Assembly (NCBI GenBank): GCA_025451455.1
Contig: JANWKI010000016.1
Span: 1-52,576 of the forward strand
Source of the DNA: Ignavibacteria bacterium
Lineage (GTDB): Bacteria > Bacteroidota > Ignavibacteria > Tepidaquicellales > OLB5
Direction of reading: 5' to 3'
Length of the DNA stretch: 52,576 bases
Every line of letters begins with the position of its first letter. Position 1 is the first letter of the stretch. Below the pieces are notes generated by a model. It searched no databases. It had not been told where the DNA came from and was given only the letters and a program-made list of their open reading frames with translations. Shown here piece after piece: positions 48,980-52,576 of the stretch. The translations under genes were made by a program, and so were the position numbers.

Positions 48980-51900
48980 ATGAAAATTTCAAGCTCGATT
49001 TTGCGGATATTAACAGTCACTGCACTGTTAATATCCGTTAATTTTAATATCAGTGCTCAGTTGATCCCGGCGAGTAAGATCAAACTAAGCCACCCCATAA
49101 ATAGTAACCCAAAACCACTTAATGAAAACGGGAATTACTACAATAATGCTTTGTTCCGCTCGCAGGTGCCGGAAACACTGAATGTTTATGCTATCAGGGT
49201 AGATTTTAAACCTGATAATAATTCTCAAACCACCGGAGACGGCAGATTTGATGTTTCCAGCAATTATCCAGATTCAGTTGATGCACCTCCCCATGACAGT
49301 TTATATTTTATTTACAAACTGGAATTCCTGAAGAATTATTATTTTAAGGCGTCAAAAGGGAGGCTCATTATCAATTATATATTGCTTCCGACCGTAAGAA
49401 ACCTTGGAAATGAAATGGAAGTGTACTCTCCGCGAAGAAACGAAAACATGCAGAGAATGGGTAATTTGTTTTTTGATGTTTGGCGTTCTGCAGACAGTAC
49501 AATAGATTTTTCAGGTATCAATACGAACAATTCTGCATTCGTAATTTTTCATGCAGGTGTTGGCAGAGATGTTGATCTTGCCTCACAGGGATTATTTGTC
49601 GGCGAGCTCGATCTTCCTTCGATCTATATGAGTAACGGAACTTTGAAATCTTTATACGGAGATACTACCCAGGGATACTATACAAATGAAGGAACAATCA
49701 TACGCAGCTCCTGCATGCTGCCTGAACAGGAATTCAGAATTATCAGTACTACATTCGGTGATGTTTACCTTGAGCTTGGATTGAACGGAATTGTGGTTGC
49801 AACTATTGGAAGCCATCTGGGGCTCCCGGATCTTTTTAATACCGAAACCGGCGGAACTGCTATCGGGCGATTTGGCTTAATGGACGGACAGGCTATTTTC
49901 AGCTATCTTGGGGTTTTCCCTCCGGAGCCATCTGCATGGGAAAAGCAGTACCTTGGATGGATCGACCCCGTTGTAATAAGCTCAAACGGCACTTATAATA
50001 CAAAAGCTGCTACACTGGATATTAACGGAAATGAATCAGTTCGTAAGATACTTATTAGCGGTAAGGAATATTTTCTTGTGGAAAACCGCAACCGCGATGC
50101 ATACGGCAACGGCCAAACCATATATTTCAGAAGAAATAATATTCTGGATTCAGTTAATTTTACACAGGATGTCGACGGGTTCAACAGCTCAGATATCTGG
50201 AAGCTTAAAGGAAGTATTGTAGATGTGGATGAACTGGACTGGAGCCTTCCCGGATTGAAAAATGATACCGCAGATTTTCAGGGCGGAATACTGGTTTGGC
50301 ATATTGATGAAAATGTAATTGATGCCAAAATTGAATCCAATACAATCAACAATGATATAGAGCATAAAGGCGTTGATGTTGAAGAAGCAAAAGGCTCTCA
50401 GGATATTGGTGTAGTTGTGCATACCCCGATAGGTGATATTATCAGCGATGGTTTCTTTGTTGATTTCTGGTATGACGGCAATCATTACAGGCCCTCAAAT
50501 ATATACCGGAATGAATTTACGCCGACAAGCTTCCCGAACTCCAAAAGCTATTCAAATACAAATTCAAGGGTTTGCATTACCGCATTTAGCCAAATTGGGC
50601 CTAACATGACTTTTAACTATCAGCAGTGCGGTAATATTACGAATATTAATACTTTCCCGAGATTAGTTGGAATAGATACTACAGGCAATGCACAGCCGAT
50701 AGGGTTTGATTATAACGGCAATGGGCTCGATGAGATGTTTGTGAACGTTAAAGACAGTCTGTACGGTTTCCGTGATAACGGTAATTCAATAAGGGTTGAT
50801 AAGCCTAATGGGTTCCTGAAAGACAGTGCAGCAGGTTTTATCGTTGGATATTATCCCAATACTGTAAACGGACAGACTAAGTTTGTAACCGGTGTATATG
50901 GCAATAAGATCAGTTTGATCAACTTTACTATTGATTCATTAACAGCGGTACCCTCAGTTATACAGTTTAATTCAAACAGTAATTTTTCAAGTCCCCAGCT
51001 GCAATTTCTGGGATCTCCTGACCAGTTAAGCTCTGGTACTGTAAGCGGGAAGATATTCAAACTTGATCTGGCTTCGCAGGGAATAACATATGATTCTGTT
51101 TCAAACAGGAAAATTATCCAGCTTGCGAAAGAAATAGTAAGTGTAAATCAGGTAATCCGTTTTATTGATGACGCAAATAAGTTTTTAGCCGAAACAGATG
51201 TAGTTTTGGCTCAACAAGTTGATATTCAAACAGAGCCTGTAATTGTTTCGGGTTCTAATTCAGTTTCTCTGGATGGCACAATAATTTCTCAGAATTTAAG
51301 TTTAACAAATGTATACTCATCTCCTGTTGCTGCTGATATTAACAAAGACGGGAACATTGAAATTGTGTTTACTGCCGATAACAAAGTATTTGCGATAAAT
51401 CAAAACGGGGTTTTATTAGATAATTTCCCGTTCACTGTACCTAATGTAAGCAGGATCTCAAGCGGCTGCTCAGTTGCAGATCTTAACGGCGACGGAATTT
51501 TTGAAGTGATATTCGGAACCGGTGACGGGCGTGTTTATGCATATGGTACCGATGGAAAAATTCTGGAAGGATTCCCGCTTACTACAGGCGGGGTAATAAA
51601 TTCGACTCCTGCAGTAATTAACACCGGTGGTAATTTCGGGCTGTTGGTATACTCTCAGGACGGATACCTGTACGGATATAAAACACCATGGGCATATGAT
51701 TCAACAAGGGTTATCTGGAGAAATTATCTCAGGGATAAGGATCACACAAACTCAAATTTGGATAGATTTTCTCCTTCAGCAAGCGGCCCATGTTTACCTA
51801 AGGAGAAGGTATATAACTGGCCTAATCCGGCATACGGTAAATCCACCAATATACGCTATTATCTAAATGGTGACGCATCAGGCATCGATATAAAGATCAT

Positions 51901-52072
51901 GGACCTTTCCGGTGAGCTTGTTACGACGCTTAAGGGTACGACCAATAAGGGCTTTGATAACGAAGTGCCATGGGATATCACCAACGTTCAAAGCGGTATA
52001 TATATAGCAGTCTTTGAAATGACAGGCGGCTGCAGTGAAACTGCATCCATCAAAATTGCTGTCGTAAAATAG
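48980..52072 (+). CDS. M6 (immune inhibitor A)-like domain plus FG-GAP repeats plus T9SS CTD; zinc motif degenerate
   Basis: AIRVDF, IFHAG.G, HLGLPDL, FGLMD, SAWEK..LGW, EYFLVENR, GILVWHIDE, ADINKDG/ADLNGDG, YNWPNP CTD. Confidence 0.8.
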   Translation: MKISSSILRILTVTALLISVNFNISAQLIPASKIKLSHPINSNPKPLNENGNYYNNALFRSQVPETLNVYAIRVDFKPDNNSQTTGDGRFDVSSNYPDSVDAPPHDSLYFIYKLEFLKNYYFKASKGRLIINYILLPTVRNLGNEMEVYSPRRNENMQRMGNLFFDVWRSADSTIDFSGINTNNSAFVIFHAGVGRDVDLASQGLFVGELDLPSIYMSNGTLKSLYGDTTQGYYTNEGTIIRSSCMLPEQEFRIISTTFGDVYLELGLNGIVVATIGSHLGLPDLFNTETGGTAIGRFGLMDGQAIFSYLGVFPPEPSAWEKQYLGWIDPVVISSNGTYNTKAATLDINGNESVRKILISGKEYFLVENRNRDAYGNGQTIYFRRNNILDSVNFTQDVDGFNSSDIWKLKGSIVDVDELDWSLPGLKNDTADFQGGILVWHIDENVIDAKIESNTINNDIEHKGVDVEEAKGSQDIGVVVHTPIGDIISDGFFVDFWYDGNHYRPSNIYRNEFTPTSFPNSKSYSNTNSRVCITAFSQIGPNMTFNYQQCGNITNINTFPRLVGIDTTGNAQPIGFDYNGNGLDEMFVNVKDSLYGFRDNGNSIRVDKPNGFLKDSAAGFIVGYYPNTVNGQTKFVTGVYGNKISLINFTIDSLTAVPSVIQFNSNSNFSSPQLQFLGSPDQLSSGTVSGKIFKLDLASQGITYDSVSNRKIIQLAKEIVSVNQVIRFIDDANKFLAETDVVLAQQVDIQTEPVIVSGSNSVSLDGTIISQNLSLTNVYSSPVAADINKDGNIEIVFTADNKVFAINQNGVLLDNFPFTVPNVSRISSGCSVADLNGDGIFEVIFGTGDGRVYAYGTDGKILEGFPLTTGGVINSTPAVINTGGNFGLLVYSQDGYLYGYKTPWAYDSTRVIWRNYLRDKDHTNSNLDRFSPSASGPCLPKEKVYNWPNPAYGKSTNIRYYLNGDASGIDIKIMDLSGELVTTLKGTTNKGFDNEVPWDITNVQSGIYIAVFEMTGGCSETASIKIAVVK

Positions 52073-52101
52073 TTTGATTTAATTCGGATAATTGTTAATT
52101 T

Positions 52102-52127
52102 AGTCCCGTACAAAACGGGACTTTTTT
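52102..52127 (+). terminator. Intrinsic terminator ending the porU operon
   Basis: AGTCCCGT / ACGGGACT stem followed by a T run. Confidence 0.7.
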
Positions 52128-52576
52128 ATGGAAATAATAGTATATACAATACTCGGGCTTTATGCAGTTATGCATTTAATAATGCTTGCAGGTCTGTTAA
52201 ATAATAAACGCAGGCCTCCCGGCGGTGATTACGAACCCACAGTCTCGATAATAATATGTGCAAAGGATGAAGAAAGCTGCATGGATGATTGCATCAGGTC
52301 ACTTCTCCAGCTGAACTATCCGAAAGAGAAGCTTGAAATAATCCTTGTTAATGACCGCTCAGTTGACAGAACAAAAGAGATAATGCTGAGTTACCTCGTT
52401 GCAAACCCTCAGTTAATATATCTTGAGGCAGTTGAAAGTACCGGAAAGCTGAAAGGAAAAGCTAATGCCCTTGAACAGGCGCTTCGCACTGCATCAAATG
52501 ATATTATTTTTACAACTGATGCTGATATTGAGGTTAACAGGAACTGGGTTCAGGAAATTATCAAATATTACGATAA
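52128..52576 (+). CDS. Glycosyltransferase family 2 (partial, runs off the window)
   Basis: N-terminal TM helix; PTVSIIICAKDEE, VNDRSVDRT, GKANAL, TDAD DxD motif. Confidence 0.88.
   Translation, partial: MEIIVYTILGLYAVMHLIMLAGLLNNKRRPPGGDYEPTVSIIICAKDEESCMDDCIRSLLQLNYPKEKLEIILVNDRSVDRTKEIMLSYLVANPQLIYLEAVESTGKLKGKANALEQALRTASNDIIFTTDADIEVNRNWVQEIIKYYD

Overview
AT-rich, gene-dense bacterial chromosomal segment, most likely from Ignavibacteriota within the FCB group. The evidence is several proteins ending in the 'LSQNYPNPFNP...TKKMIL.K' type IX secretion (T9SS) C-terminal domain, a porU-porV operon, and recurring TAnnTTTG promoter elements. Contents: T9SS-secreted beta-propeller proteins, histidine catabolism (hutI, bifunctional FTCD), an AraC regulator, S9 peptidase, lysA, two tandem RsbRD_N-like proteins, a TonB-dependent receptor, ycaQ, an aromatic amino acid catabolism cluster (unknown enzyme, fahA, esterase, tnaA), osmC-family gene, a single-chain GltD/NfnB plus PyrK/NfnA oxidoreductase, uvrD/pcrA, EVE protein, yajQ, amidase, sucD, folB-folK-dNK, GT9, porU-porV, an M6-like protein and a partial GT2. 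I saw no rRNA, tRNA, CRISPR array, transposase or prophage. Best leads: (1) a porU leader with mutually exclusive terminator and antiterminator helices; (2) an uncharacterised enzyme coupled to fahA, a candidate glutathione-independent maleylacetoacetate isomerase; (3) an M6 pseudo-protease in the porU-porV operon; (4) an unannotated promoter-small ORF-terminator unit at about 5.1-5.3 kb; (5) a CRP/FNR-boxed tandem pair of globin-like proteins; (6) a signal peptide encoded by inverted 7-nt repeats; (7) an H1-like lysine tail on SucD; (8) a covarying REP doublet. All family calls come from motif recognition by eye; no database search was run.
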